A program made the position numbers and the translations under genes. Positions 19,517 to 42,739 of a stretch of DNA of 64,000 bases are shown piece after piece. A model generated the notes under the pieces. That model did not search any database. It saw nothing but the letters and a program-made list of their open reading frames with translations, and was not told where the DNA came from. The first letter of the stretch is position 1. Each line of letters starts with the position of its first letter. Source of the DNA: Macrostomum lignano (taxonomy: Eukaryota); NCBI GenBank assembly GCA_002269645.1, contig NIVC01000661.1, positions 330,724 through 394,723 of the forward strand. Direction: 5' to 3'.

Positions 19517-22500
19517 TCACTGCTGCACACAGTTGGGCAGTTCTGGCGGTACTCCAGGAACGGGCATAGCAGACATCTGCTCAACCGAGGGAAACTGCCG
19601 TCTCGGTGATGAGGAATCAGCCTCTTCTTCATCTTTGTCTTCATCGACAGCTGAAGGTTCGTTCTGCCCGTCCTGCTGATCTCCAGTTCCAATCGCGGCA
19701 GCCAGGTCTGCGACCAGCTTCGGTTTGCGGCACCGGGTGTCAACGAGGTTTGGTGGCCTGCAGGGTATCAGTTTGAGGTTTTTATGCAGTCTGTCTCGAG
19801 TCCGGCTCAGAGAAAGACAAGTTAGTTACTGCTCCAGACTAACACACAAGAGCTAGTTACTGCTCCAGACTAACACACAAGAGCTAGTTACTGCTCCAGA
19901 CTAACACACAAGAGCTAGTTACTGCTCCAGACTAACACACAAGAGCTAGTTACTGCTCCAGACTAACACACAAGAGCTAGTTACTGCTCCAGACTAATAC
20001 ACAAGAGCTAGTTACTGCTCCAGACTAATACACAAGAGCTAGTTACTGCTCCAGACTAACACACAAGAGCTAGTTACTGCTCCAGACTAACACACAAGAG
20101 CTAGTTACTGCTCCAGACTAACACACAAGAGCTAGTTACTGCTCCAGACTAACACACAAGAGCTAGTTACTGCTCCAGACTAACACACAAGAGCTAGTTA
20201 CTGCTCCAGACTAACACACAGAAGTTAGATCCTGCTGTAGACTTTTGATCCATAGCCCAGATTGATTAATGCAGACTCAGCAAATTCTCACTTTGTTAAG
20301 ACGGACAATGATTTTTTCTGGAACCTCACCGATCTTCCTCATCATTGTTCAGCTCCTGTGGATGTTCTTCTACAGCGAGGTTTTTGTCTACCTGCAGTGG
20401 CTGCCGTTGCTGATGAGCGGACAGATTCATGTCGATGTCTGTGACAATCTCCTCTTCGGGAATCGTTTTGCTGTAAAATTTAAATTTGTTCTAATTGCTC
20501 TCAGAAGGAATGCAATCATGCATCGATGATTTCTCTATAGGTTATTGAGAAATTTTGAGAGAGCATATACGAAGTAATGTGAGAATTGAATTTACAAGGA
20601 ACTTGAAGACGAACCTGCAGAAAATACCAAAATTAAGTTTGTAACATTATTGCTAACTTTCCACCTTTTATCCGCGCGAGCTACCAGTTACAGAAAGAGC
20701 CATCAAGCCACTTACCTATCCTCGCCTTCTGGCGCCAGTTGAACTTTCCTACTCAGGATAGACTCCATTTCAGATGTAGCACTGGCTGGCAGTCCTGACC
20801 GACGAGCGATCTTCAGAGCCGTCCAACCAAACTTATTTTGTTTGCAGATTGCAGCCTCGTCCAGCCGATCCACTAGGAAACTCATGCAGTCCAGGTGGTG
20901 GCGGTAGGCGGCAATCATCAATGGGGTTGTTTCATTCGCGTCCGCCGCGTTTAGATCAGCGCCGTGCTTGTAGAGAACTTCCAGGATGTCGGACCGGCCT
21001 GACAGGACGGCCAGATGAGCTGCGGCGAGTTGCTTTGAATTTGCCTTGTTTGCATCGCACTGGCTGCTGGCCAGGTACTCCGCAATGTCCTTGAATCCCC
21101 TGCGGCACGCGTACATGAGCCCTGTGTTGCCCTGCGAGTCCGCTTCATCGAGCGGCAGCTGTTGATCGCTGGCGAACTTCAACACCTTCAGGTGACCCTT
21201 TTTGCCATCGGACCCGATACTGGCCAGGTGTACAATGCTCCTGTCCATCTCGTTCTTCTCTTCAACGATGCAGTTGAACTCTTGAAGCAGTTTCATTAAA
21301 ACCAGATGTCCACTGCTGGCGCACTTCAGCAAGGGCGTGTCGCCATTTTTGTTTTTCAGATCCAGATTCACTTGTTTATCATTCAAAAACCTCAACAAGT
21401 GTCCATGCCCAAATGACGCAGCCACGTGTGCGAAGCTGTCGTGCTGATCCTCGTCGATGTTCTTTTGCCAATCCGTTGAGTCCCTAATGAGCTTCTTGAT
21501 CAAGTGAAGATTTCCGGAACAGACAGCGGAAAGCAGCGCGGTCCTGGATCTTTCGGTCTTGCTTACCCAGTCGAACATTTGCTGGTGTCCCCTTTGAATC
21601 AAAAGGTTTATAGCGGTAGGCGGCATGACGGGGTTCTTCTCGTACAGAAATCTGGCAACGCGCTCGTGACCGTTAAGAATAGCGCATAACAATGGCGTCA
21701 GATTCTGGCAGTTTTCTTCTTTTAGTAGATTTTCACGTTCTGGGCAGCCGAAAATAGCTTCCAGGATGTGCAGGTTTCCATGAATGGCTGCGTAATGGGC
21801 GCAGTTGTTTTTGTTGCTGCAAACTGTTTCAGGTTTAAAGTTTTTCTGCTGCAGATATTCGAACACCAGCAGGTTGCCCATGGTTGCAGAAAGGTGTAGC
21901 GGAGACTGGGTGCCTTCTGGTTCCTCTGCATCCGGTCGAACACTTATTTTGCAGTGATCAAACAGCCACCTGACCAAGCTGAGTTTGTTCTCGCTAACAG
22001 CAACATGCAGTGGCAAGTGGCCGCGTGCATTCCTCAGATCGGTGCGGCACTGAAGGTCAGACAGCACGGCAGCCATGTCCAGCCTGCCAGTCATGAGCGC
22101 CAAGTGCAAGGCTGAATTGCCATCTGCGTCCTGATCGTTCACAATTTCCTTAAGAAACGAGCACTTGGGATTCCTTCGAACCGCTCTTAACAGTTGAATG
22201 TCGCCAGCCAAAATCAAGTGATGAAGAATGGTCATACCGTTTTCTCTCTTCTTTCCATCGAAATCTCTGCTGAGAAGGAATTCCAAGTGCTTAACGTTTT
22301 GAAACTTGAATATGTCTTCTAGCTTCAGCTCGTCAACTACATGATCGATGCTTAGTGAGGCCTCCGTTTGCCGAAGAAGTTCAACCACTTTGACACTGTT
22401 GACCGCGACAGCCAGCGAGAACACCGACAGTCCATTGTTATTCGTACTAGAGGCACTCGCTCCCCGGTCGAGCAGCAGCTCGGCCACTTTCTCTTTGCCC

Positions 22501-25500
22501 CGTCTGATGGCACCAAAAACTGGCGTTTCACCATGTTTGTCTTTGAGATCAATAAGCGCCCCTTTTGATAGAAGGAAGCGAATCATCTCCTTGCTTCCAA
22601 CCTCGGCCGCGAAATGCAGAGCTCCTTTGCCTTCATTATTCTGCGCGTTCACGTCCGTCCCAGATTCGAAAAACTTGGAGAGACATTTAATCGCGAGTTT
22701 TTTTGACACGCAGCCCGGAGGCAGTTTGCTCTTCACAAGGTGATCGGGCAGTTCCTTTGTCCTGGACACGACCTCAAGAAATTTCGGCTTCAGCGCGTCT
22801 TGTCCGCGAAGTCCCTTTTCAATAGATCTTTTTAAGTCATCCAAATGCTCGTCGGTCTCCATCTTTAGTCTTTTAACTTTGTCCAACTTAGATGTGCAAG
22901 GCTTGCTGCAGAGCACGTGCGCAGCGTTGTTTCCCTCTTTATTAGTGTCCTGTGCTTTTGCTCCAGCTTTCAGCAGCACAGGAACCAGCTTTAAATTTGA
23001 ACTCTTCACAGCAACAATCAGTGCGTTATCACCTTGAGAATTCTTGTAGCTTATGTGAACCTTACTCTGAATTAGAAAGTTCACGATCTCTTCGTGTCCG
23101 TTCGCGCACGCAATAGTTAAGCAGTTTTCACTTGACTTTGTTCGGCTACTGAGTGACACCTGGCCTTTTGTCTCGTGAAGTAGCCTCAGGTTTCCAGTTG
23201 CGCAGGCCATGTGGGCAATGCTGCGCCATTCCTGGTCGAATGTTTCATCGATTCTACCGCCTTTCTTCCGAAGCGCCTCCAGGATGGAGTCGCTGCCGAG
23301 CTGGACGCTCAGCATCACGGGCGAAGTCCCTGAGTCATCAAGTGCATTAGGATCGATGCCATCCCTTTCGAGCAGAGATCGGACAGCGGCCTCGTTCTTT
23401 CCCTCAACAGCGTAGTGAAGAACAGTCTTCAAGGACATGTCCGCAGCGGCTAGCTGGCATCCGGAGTTGCTAAGGTACACCAAGAACGCTTCATTTTGAT
23501 TTGCGGCTGCGAGGAAGATGGGCGTAACGCCGTTGTTATCTGCATTGTCCAACTCTGCACCCTGGCTGTGCAAAAGCTTCAAAAGCTCCAAGGAACCAGA
23601 CTGGCACGCAAAGTGCGCCGGTGTTCGTCCATTGTGAGCGATGGCATTGACATCCGCTCGATTTTTCTTGACGAGAAACCTGACCATGCCCAGCTCGTTT
23701 TTTGAGCAGGCGATCATCAGCGGTGTGATGCCGCAGTTGTCTTCCTGGTCCATCACGCAACCAAACAGGGAGAAGCACTGGACAACCTTGAGATTGCCGC
23801 TCTTTACCGCCAAGTGAACCGCATTTTCGCCGGCATGATTCCGTCTGTTGACGTCGGCACCAACGGACTTGAGCACGGTGACAAGCGATTCGCTGCCTTG
23901 AGCAGAACTGATCATGAAAGGCGTCATTCCGTCGTGGTCTTGAGTATCGAAGGGCGACTCAGCTTCAAGTAGATGCATCAGGGCGTCGTTTGTCTTATCC
24001 ATGCAGGCATAGTGCATGGCTGTTTTGATTTCATTATTTGTTGCCTGAATGTCGCACTCAAGAGTTTCAGTTAGATATTCCAAAACGGCATAAGATCTTT
24101 TCTGCTTTAGTGCTTCTAGAAGTAACGTGTTTCCAGCACAGTCTACAGTGCTTACGTTGGCATTTTTCTCTTTCAAATATTTGATGATTTCCAGCTTACC
24201 TGTTGCGACAGCGTGTTGCAAAGCAGTTCTACCGGCTCTGTCTTTGTAGTCGATCGTGCACAGATTGGGTCGGGTTGTCAGAAGCTTGATCGCGTCGATT
24301 GCTCCGCATTTAACGGCAATTATAAGCGGCGTCATCCCTTTGTTGTCGGGGTCGTCAAAAGAAACCCTTCTTTGCTGAAGAAAGTTCAGTAGTGCCACAT
24401 TATTTTCCTTCACGGCGTAGTAGGCGATGCTATGCCCGAGGATGTCCCTCGTATCCAGCTTGCAACCTTTTTCTGCCAAAAAACGAACCATTGAAAGCGA
24501 CTTGTTGCGAGCTGCGCACAAAATGGCGGTCTCGCCGTTACGATTCGGTATGTCGAGTTCTGCGCCTCGCTCTCCCAGCAGCATCAGTATGTCTTCTTGC
24601 TTGTTATGAGCGGCTCTTAACGCTGGTGTCACATCGCGCTGATTCTTAACGCTCAAATTGCAACCCTGATCGATGAGAAACTCGATGGCTTGAATCGGTC
24701 CCTTCTGAGAAATTGCTAAAAGTGCTGTTTCGCCAGTATTAGGATCCTGCTCATCGATTTTCAAGCCTTTCTCAGAAAGAAATTTCAAGACTTCTGGTAG
24801 CTCCGTCTGTCGCATTGATACTGCCATTATAGGTAAGTTTCCCATTTTCTCATGGGCTTCCAGGGAGCAGCCCTGGTCCAGGAGGTACTTCAGCATATCC
24901 AATGTTCCTTGGGCAAGAGCTAGCTGAATGGGGGTGACGCCTTGTTCGTCTTTTTCGTAAAGCGGAGCGCCTTTCTCTCTTAAGAGTTTTAGTATATCCA
25001 AGTGCCCTGTCAAGATGGCAATTTTAACGCATTCTTCATTGTTATTCACATCGCAGCCTTCGTCCAGCATGTATTTCACAGCATCATAAAAACCGTTCTG
25101 CACTGCGCAGCGAAGAGGGCTGCGGCCATCTTCATCAACTTTGTCATCAAACTTTACTGGAAAGTACTGCAACATCTCCGTGTGACCGCACAGGCCAGCT
25201 TGGGAGGCGAGGACGAGCTTTGCTCGGTAGGACACATCGCACTTTCTTTCGTGCATGAATCGTACCACCTTGATCCAGTTCTTTGTGACCGCCTTTTCAA
25301 GAATACTAGCGGTCGGCTTCTCCGCTAGCTGATGAATGCACGACTGTTGCTTCTCCAGCTTCTTAGCAATCTTTGTGTTCCCGTTGAACAGAGCGTAGAA
25401 TACGGCCGACAAGCCGTCGTTTGTTTTCTTCGTCACGTCCGCGCCGCGACCAAGGAGCTGGTCTACGATGACAACGCTGCCCGACTGAGCGGCGCACATC

Positions 25501-25808
25501 AGCGGCGTGATGCCACTCTTATCGGCCTGATCGGAATTCGCTCCCCTGGTGAGCAGCGTGCCGAACACGTCCTGGTGGCTCGACAGTGCGGCAATGTGCA
25601 GACCGGAGCGACCCTCCTCGTTTGTGGCGTTCGGGTCGATGCCTTTCAGCAAAAACGAGTGAACGGAACGATTGTTGCCTGATGCGACCGAGGCGAAGAA
25701 CAAGTTTCGCTCTACTTTGTCTTTTTCAGACCCTATATCGCTTTTTTCCAGCCTCCTCTCTCCATGCTTCATCATTTTGAGCAGAGACTTTTGAATGTCT
25801 TCCGACAT
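19517..25808 (-). CDS. Large ankyrin-repeat protein (~1,800 aa; several dozen ANK repeats)
   Basis: The 1698-aa ORF carries recurring G-x-T-[PA]-L-H-x-A motifs (GITPLMCAA, GRSPLRCAV, GMTPLIIAV, GKGALHFAA, GNTGLMYAC). A GATAG|gtaagt donor at 20716 gives phase-consistent downstream exons 20470-20330 and 19805 (or 19757)-19517, which encode an acidic tail ending ...PNCVQQ*. Confidence 0.85.
19822..20221. repeat. 31-bp minisatellite, ~13 copies (ankyrin gene intron)
   Basis: Unit gagctagttactgctccagactaacacacaa, head-to-tail with no spacers. Confidence 0.95.
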
Positions 25809-26723
25809 GACAGCTTGGTTACGTTGGACGTTAACTTATCTGGAAATGAACCAGTTAATAATGGAATACATGCAGTTATTCACCTCATCTGAAACTTTAT
25901 GTGAACTTGCATTCGAGGATTTTAAAACTATTTTTTGCAAATTAGATTTCCAAAGAATACATGCTTGATACGAATGCACCTGTGTATTTTCAATCTAAAG
26001 TGCATTCGGATTAAAAATATAAACCAAGTTATAACAAGACTTACGACGGCCCTTCCAACGGCCCTTCCAAGCAAGCACGTCTCAAAGTGTTTTGCCCGTT
26101 TAGGCTTCCTTTCAGGCAAACCTATAAGTGGCTGCATACACTGGAATCATAGCGTCTCTCCAAGCCTAGTGTACAGGCATCCAGCTAGTGCAGGCGTTTC
26201 GCTCTACCTACTGTACGTACGTACATGTACGGGGCGGATTTGAGCGGAGACGAAAAACACAATTAAACAGTCCCGCTCTGTTCCGTCTTATTTTAGTACC
26301 CTATTTTGACTGTACTCCACAGTGTACACCACCGAATCTGCTTGCATAGCGACAATAAGCCTCCCTTGCAGAGGTGGAAAACTGTACTGCATCGCATGGC
26401 TTACATTTTGTGACGAACTAAAATTTACAAGGATAATTTTTTTGTTCGACTACACAAGTTGCTATTATCAAACTCCCAGTAACTGTCTATTGCATGCTGT
26501 ATATTACCAATCGTGTACGAACAATATGGACTCAATTATCCAAAGTTGCAAAAATGTGCACACATTTATCTGTGTGACCAATAATATAAATAATCGCAAT
26601 ATGAGTATCAATTCAAAACTGAAAGGTCAGCTATAAAAGTTTTGCTGGCAAATATGAGTCAAATATGAAAAAATAAGTCATATATGAGATGCGAGCTACA
26701 CTACGAGAATGCATAGCTCGCAT

Positions 26724-37786
<11,063 letters not shown>

Positions 37787-37987
37787 TTTCGCCACTGTGA
37801 ATAGAATTTGATTGAAAATTTATGTTGCAGAATTTCTTCTTCTGATTCTGACTCAGTAGCGAATCAGGATAACACTCGTCACTTATTCATGATGCTGTGA
37901 CATTTCGTGACGAAAACTTCTGTACCAGATTAATTCTACGAGCATAAAGCATTTTTGCTGTAATTTATAACTCTTTGAAGGATTAAC

Positions 37988-38032
37988 TCTCCCCTCTCTT
38001 CTCACCCCTCTCCTCTCTCCTCTCACCCCTCT

Positions 38033-38068
<36 letters not shown>

Positions 38069-38076
38069 ACCCCTCT

Positions 38077-38112
<36 letters not shown>

Positions 38113-38510
38113 ACTCCTCTCACCCCTCTCCTCTCACTCCTCTCACCCCTCTCCTCTCACTCCTCTCTCCTCTCACTCCTCTCTCCTCTCACCCCTGTCC
38201 TCTCACTCCTCTCACCCCTGTCCTCTCTCCTCTCACCCCTCTCCTCTCACTCCTCTCTCCTCTCACTCCTCTCTCCTCTCACCCCTGTCCTCTCACTCCT
38301 CTCACCCCTGTCCTCTCTCCTCTCACCCCTCTCCTCTAACTCCTCTCTCCTCTCACCCCTCTCCTCTCACTCCTCTCTTCTCTCACCCCTCTCCTCTCAC
38401 TCCTCTCACCCCTCTCCTCTCCTCTTCTCTCCCCTCTCTCCCCTCACCCTCTCCTCTCACTCTCTCCTCTCACCCCTCCTATCTCCTCTTACCTCTCTCC
38501 TCCCTTCCTG
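37988..38510. repeat. Pyrimidine-rich (CTCTC/CACTC) low-complexity array
   Basis: ~520 bp that are almost exclusively C/T on the + strand. Confidence 0.9.
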
Positions 38511-39294
38511 TTGCATTCTTACATTAACGAAGAATGAGAGGGTTTATCCAAAGGCGCCTAACTGAGCCACCTCACAGAAAAGGGTATCGCCCCTCTGGCG
38601 CGCAACTGGTCTACCAGTATTTATAGCAAATGCTAAAAAATAGGGTGGCCCAAAGAACTCCCCCCTACTCTTTACCCTCTCTTTTCTCCCAGTATTTTGT
38701 TTCTCCTCTCTCCATCTCATCACACTGACACCTGTTACTTTCCTCCTTCCATATCTTTCAAAGTTTTATGACAAAAACGTCACATCTATTCATACGAAAA
38801 CTCGCAAAAAGCTGAAAGGCCCGAGAAAAGTGCTAATTTGCTAGCTTCCACTCACCTTGAACGTGTTGAATGCCAAGTCAATAGGACTAGATCTTAACTG
38901 GCTACTTTATATTTTAGTCAGGTGTCGAGTTTCGGGCTCCAATGTCAACCTTACTGAGTGCGAGTCTCAATTTGCCTTTAAGGGTGGGGAATTAAGAAAT
39001 TCGCCTGTCTGCTGCTTCGGGAAAAACACACCTGTGTTCCTTCTTATCCTTCTCAGTCTGACTGCCGTGCAGGAATTCGGACTTGAGAGCCAATCACACC
39101 TGAGAAGCTGGGAACGAAGGTTAGATGAAGCTGAATATGTGCACAGATGCTGCGAGCACTTCAGGCCGCCTTGATGATCTTGAAAGAATCAACCTGTCCC
39201 TTGTATTTCTCATTTCATAAATTAATTATAATGCTACATGAATATGTAAGAACGATGTGAGAGTAATGTAGTTTCACATAATTGAGTTAATGAA

Positions 39295-39460
39295 TGAGCA
39301 GGGAGTGACTGCGTGAATGATTGATTGATGGGTTAGTTGATTGAGTGAATGAGTCAGTGAGTGGGTGAGTGAATGAGTAAGTGAGTGATTGAATGAGTGA
39401 GTGATTGATTGATTGATTGATTGAGTGGGTGAAGGAGTGAGTGATTAAGTGAGTGAGTGA
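39295..39460. repeat. (GAGT/GATT)n microsatellite
   Basis: tgagtgag / tgattgat runs. Confidence 0.8.
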
Positions 39461-39799
39461 CGAGGAAGATAACAGCAGAGTAATATCTAGTTTGTATAAT
39501 ACTGATAAAGACATTTTACACATTAATAAGTATTACTAACAGATTACAGTAGATTTATAAAGCCCGAGGGATCCTGCCGCAGACTGTCTCTGCGTGCCTC
39601 AGTCGTCTCCAATCCAGCTATTATGTCACGTGATCAGCTCACTTTACTTGAACCCATCTTCATCGCTGAGTTACAATTTGTACCTTAAAAAACGAGACAT
39701 GCAGACATGTCTGCGTTGTACATATGAGTAGCGCAGTAAAAATGAAAAAGCTTCACTGATAAATAATAGTGGTGATAAGTTCAGCAACTGTACAGAAAC

Positions 39800-40280
39800 A
39801 TCATAGCAACCGTCATAGCAACAAGCATAGCAACAAGCATAGCAACCGTTGAGCATGCGTATAGCAACAAATATAGCAACCGTATAGCAACGGTCATAGT
39901 AACAAATATAGCAACCGTATAGCAACCGTCATAGTAACAAGTATAGCCACCGTATAGCAACAAGCATAGCAACAAGTATAGCAACCGTATAGCAACCGTC
40001 ATAGTAACAAATATAGCAACCGTATAGCAACCGTCATAGTAACAAATATAGCAACCGTCATAGTAACCGTCATAGTAACAAGTATAGCAACCGTATAGCA
40101 ACCGTCATAGTAACAAGCATAGCAACAAGTATAGCAACCGTATAGCAACCGTCATAGTAACAAATATAGCAACCGTATAGCAACCGTCATAGTAACAAGT
40201 ATAGCAACCGTCATAGCAACCGTATAGCAACCGTCATAGCAACAAGCATAGCAACAAGTATAGCAACCGTATAGCGACCG
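39800..40280. repeat. Compound 9-12-bp repeat (catagcaac/catagtaac/tatagcaac)
   Basis: Interleaved short units over ~480 bp. Confidence 0.9.
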
Positions 40281-40807
40281 TCTTGGCATCTAATAATTCA
40301 ATGTTGAAATGTTGAAGTGCAATCCGAGTAAATGTGCTCATGCAACATGCCTTGCTGGTGGGTGACACAGTTATTATCTTGAGTTGAGCAATGCATCCTG
40401 ATTTCCTCATGCAGAAGGAAAATAAAAGGACAGCTAGGAAATGCTCCGATCGCACAGGCATGGGCGTGGCCGCTCTAAGTAATTGCATGCGAGTCAACAA
40501 CAGGGGCCGGCTGACTGAGACACTGCTCAAATAGTGAAGACTCGAACTCGCGCAATGGAGCACGCCCGGCTCTCACTTCAATAGCTTCTTTGGAATTTCT
40601 TTTGCTCGCCCGAAAGGAAATGGCTGGGATGACAGGAAAACCGCCGGCTCAAGTAAATTAGCAAGATTGGCAAGTTGGAAACACGGAGAGCAATGAAGCT
40701 TTGCCCGAGGCGAATGGAATTTGCAAAGACAATGCCAACCATATAGAAACACCTGCTTTCATTTAATTTGCAGACAAATCTGCTTCAGCCAGAAGCCAGT
40801 GATAGAA

Positions 40808-41565
40808 TGATCAGCTGTGGCTCTCAGATGGCTAAGCTTGGCGCCAAATGATCAGCTGTGGCGCTTTGATGATTAAGCTTGGCGCCAAATGATCAGTTGT
40901 GGCGCTCAGATGGCTAAGCTTGGCGCCAAATGACCAGCTGTGGCGCTTTGGTGACTAAGCTTGGCGCCAAATGATCAGCTGTGGCGCTTTGGTGATTAAG
41001 CTTGGCGCCAAATGATCAGCTGTGGCGCTTTGGTGATTAAGCTTGGCGCCAAATGATCAGCTGTGATGCTTTGGTGATTAAGCTTGGCGCCAAATGATCA
41101 GCTGTGGGGCTTTGGTGACTAAGCTTGGCGCCAAATGATCAGCTGTGATGCTTTGGTGATTAAGCTTGGCGCCAAATGATCAGCTGTGGCGCTTTGGTGA
41201 TTAAGCTTGGCGTTAAATGATTAGCTGTGATGCTTTGGTGATTAAGCTTGGCGCCAAATGATCAGCTGTGGTGCTTTGATGATTAAGCTTGGCGCCAAAT
41301 GATCAGCTGTGGCGCTTTGGTGATTAAGCTTGGCGCCAAATGATTAGCTGTGATGCTTTGGTGATTAAGCTTGGCGCCAAATGATCAGCTGTGGCGCTTT
41401 GGTGATTAATCTGGGCGCCAAATGATCAGCTGTGCCGCTTTGGTGACTAAGCTTGGCGCCAAATGATCAGTTGTGGCGCTTAGATGGCTAAGCTTGGCGC
41501 CAAATGATCAGCTGTGGCGCTTTGGTGACTAAGCTTGGCGACAAATGATTAGCTGATGCGCTCAA
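40808..41565. repeat. 41-bp minisatellite, ~18 copies, rich in palindromic hexamers
   Basis: Unit aagcttggcgccaaatgatcagctgtggcgctttggtgatt. Confidence 0.95.
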
Positions 41566-41827
41566 ATGATATTAAAACTGAAGGAAAACACAATGTTTTA
41601 TAGAACTGATTTAATAGAACAGAGACATTGGGCAGTGTGTAACACATTTACGCATATATTTTATAAATGGCAGCCATTGAGTGGAATTTGTACAAAAGAC
41701 AAGTTTTTAATTTATAAGCCTACCTATTAGCAAATATCATCGCAAATCATTGACCTAAACACTTCAAAATTCGACTAGTGGAGCTTAAATGATGCTAAAA
41801 ATCCTTTTATGTTAAATCTAAAGATGT

Positions 41828-42180
41828 AAACACCCTCGATTGAGGATCGTGAAACACCTCGAAATCTGAGGATTAAACACCCCAAATCGGAGGATTCAAA
41901 CACTCCGAAATCTGAGGATTAAACACCCCCAAATCTGAGGATTAAAACACTCCTAAATCTGAGTATTTAAACACCATAAATCTGAGGATTTAAACACCCC
42001 CGAAATCTGAGTATTTAAACACCCCAAGTCTTAGAATTTAAACACCCCCGAAATCTTAGGAATTAAACACCCTGAAATCTAAGGATTTAAACTCCCTAAA
42101 TCTGAGGATTTAAACACCCTAAATCTGAGTATTTAAACACACCCCTAAATCTGAGAGATTAAACAGCCCAACTCTAAGGA
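41828..42180. repeat. Degenerate 22-24-bp minisatellite
   Basis: Unit ~aaatctgaggattaaacacccc. Confidence 0.85.
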
Positions 42181-42261
42181 CTTCTAAACATCTATTCATG
42201 CTGGACCCTCAAAAGTGAATCCAAATGTTGCTACCAGTAGAGTAAGAGATGAAATTCCAGC

Positions 42262-42633
42262 TCAGCCAGTTCCGTTGCTGCCATCAGCCTTGTCAGGCGA
42301 GTTGCTACGCACCGGCGGAGAGGCCACCAGAGTCCAGCCAGCAGCTCCAGCCTGCAGAAGGCTGACCTCTTCGTCTGTCAGCTGCCTGCCATAGTGCGGG
42401 CTGAGCATCGGGATAGAGCCGCCGCGCACCGGATAGGCGAACTGGAAGTTGGAGGACACCAGCTCACGACGGGCAGGGTTGTAGGCCAGGCTGCACCGGC
42501 TCAATGGGCAGACCAGGTACTGCAGACAGGCGATGTCGAACTTCTCCGGCTGCTCAGCTGCGGTGGACAGCCTGCGGGGATGCAGAGCCAGCCGAAGCTG
42601 AGCAGGAGACAGGGACCGAGTGAGCAGCTGCAA
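42262..42633 (-). CDS. PYURF: PreY/PYURF-like mitochondrial Trm112-domain protein (no in-frame ATG at its 5' end)
   Basis: FDIACLQYLVCPLSRCSLAYNPARRELVS...AYPVRGGSIPML matches the PYURF pattern FD..LL.FLVCPLSK..L.Y....NEL....AYPI.DGIP.M. The Arg/Leu/Ser-rich N-terminus resembles a mitochondrial presequence. The exon starts directly after a strong acceptor (tcattatccctcaatcccttccag|TTGCAG). Confidence 0.8.
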   Translation of the reverse strand: MQLLTRSLSPAQLRLALHPRRLSTAAEQPEKFDIACLQYLVCPLSRCSLAYNPARRELVSSNFQFAYPVRGGSIPMLSPHYGRQLTDEEVSLLQAGAAGWTLVASPPVRSNSPDKADGSNGTG

Positions 42634-42739
42634 CTGGAAGGGATTGAGGGATAATGAAATGGAGATGATAAAGGTTGGCTTGGGTGTTTGAATTTGTGTG
42701 GGAGCAGGTGTTTTGGGATCTACGTATGGATTTTTCTTT

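Noticed and set aside
19822-20221. 31-bp direct repeats resembling a CRISPR array
   Set aside because: The units are head-to-tail with no unique spacers, there are no cas genes, and the context is a eukaryotic intron. The same applies to the 34- and 41-bp arrays.
38850-40800. Possible upstream exons of CNG-B (e.g. acceptor/donor-bounded ~39085-39195)
   Set aside because: All frames contain stops, so at most this is 5'UTR. There is no support without transcript data.
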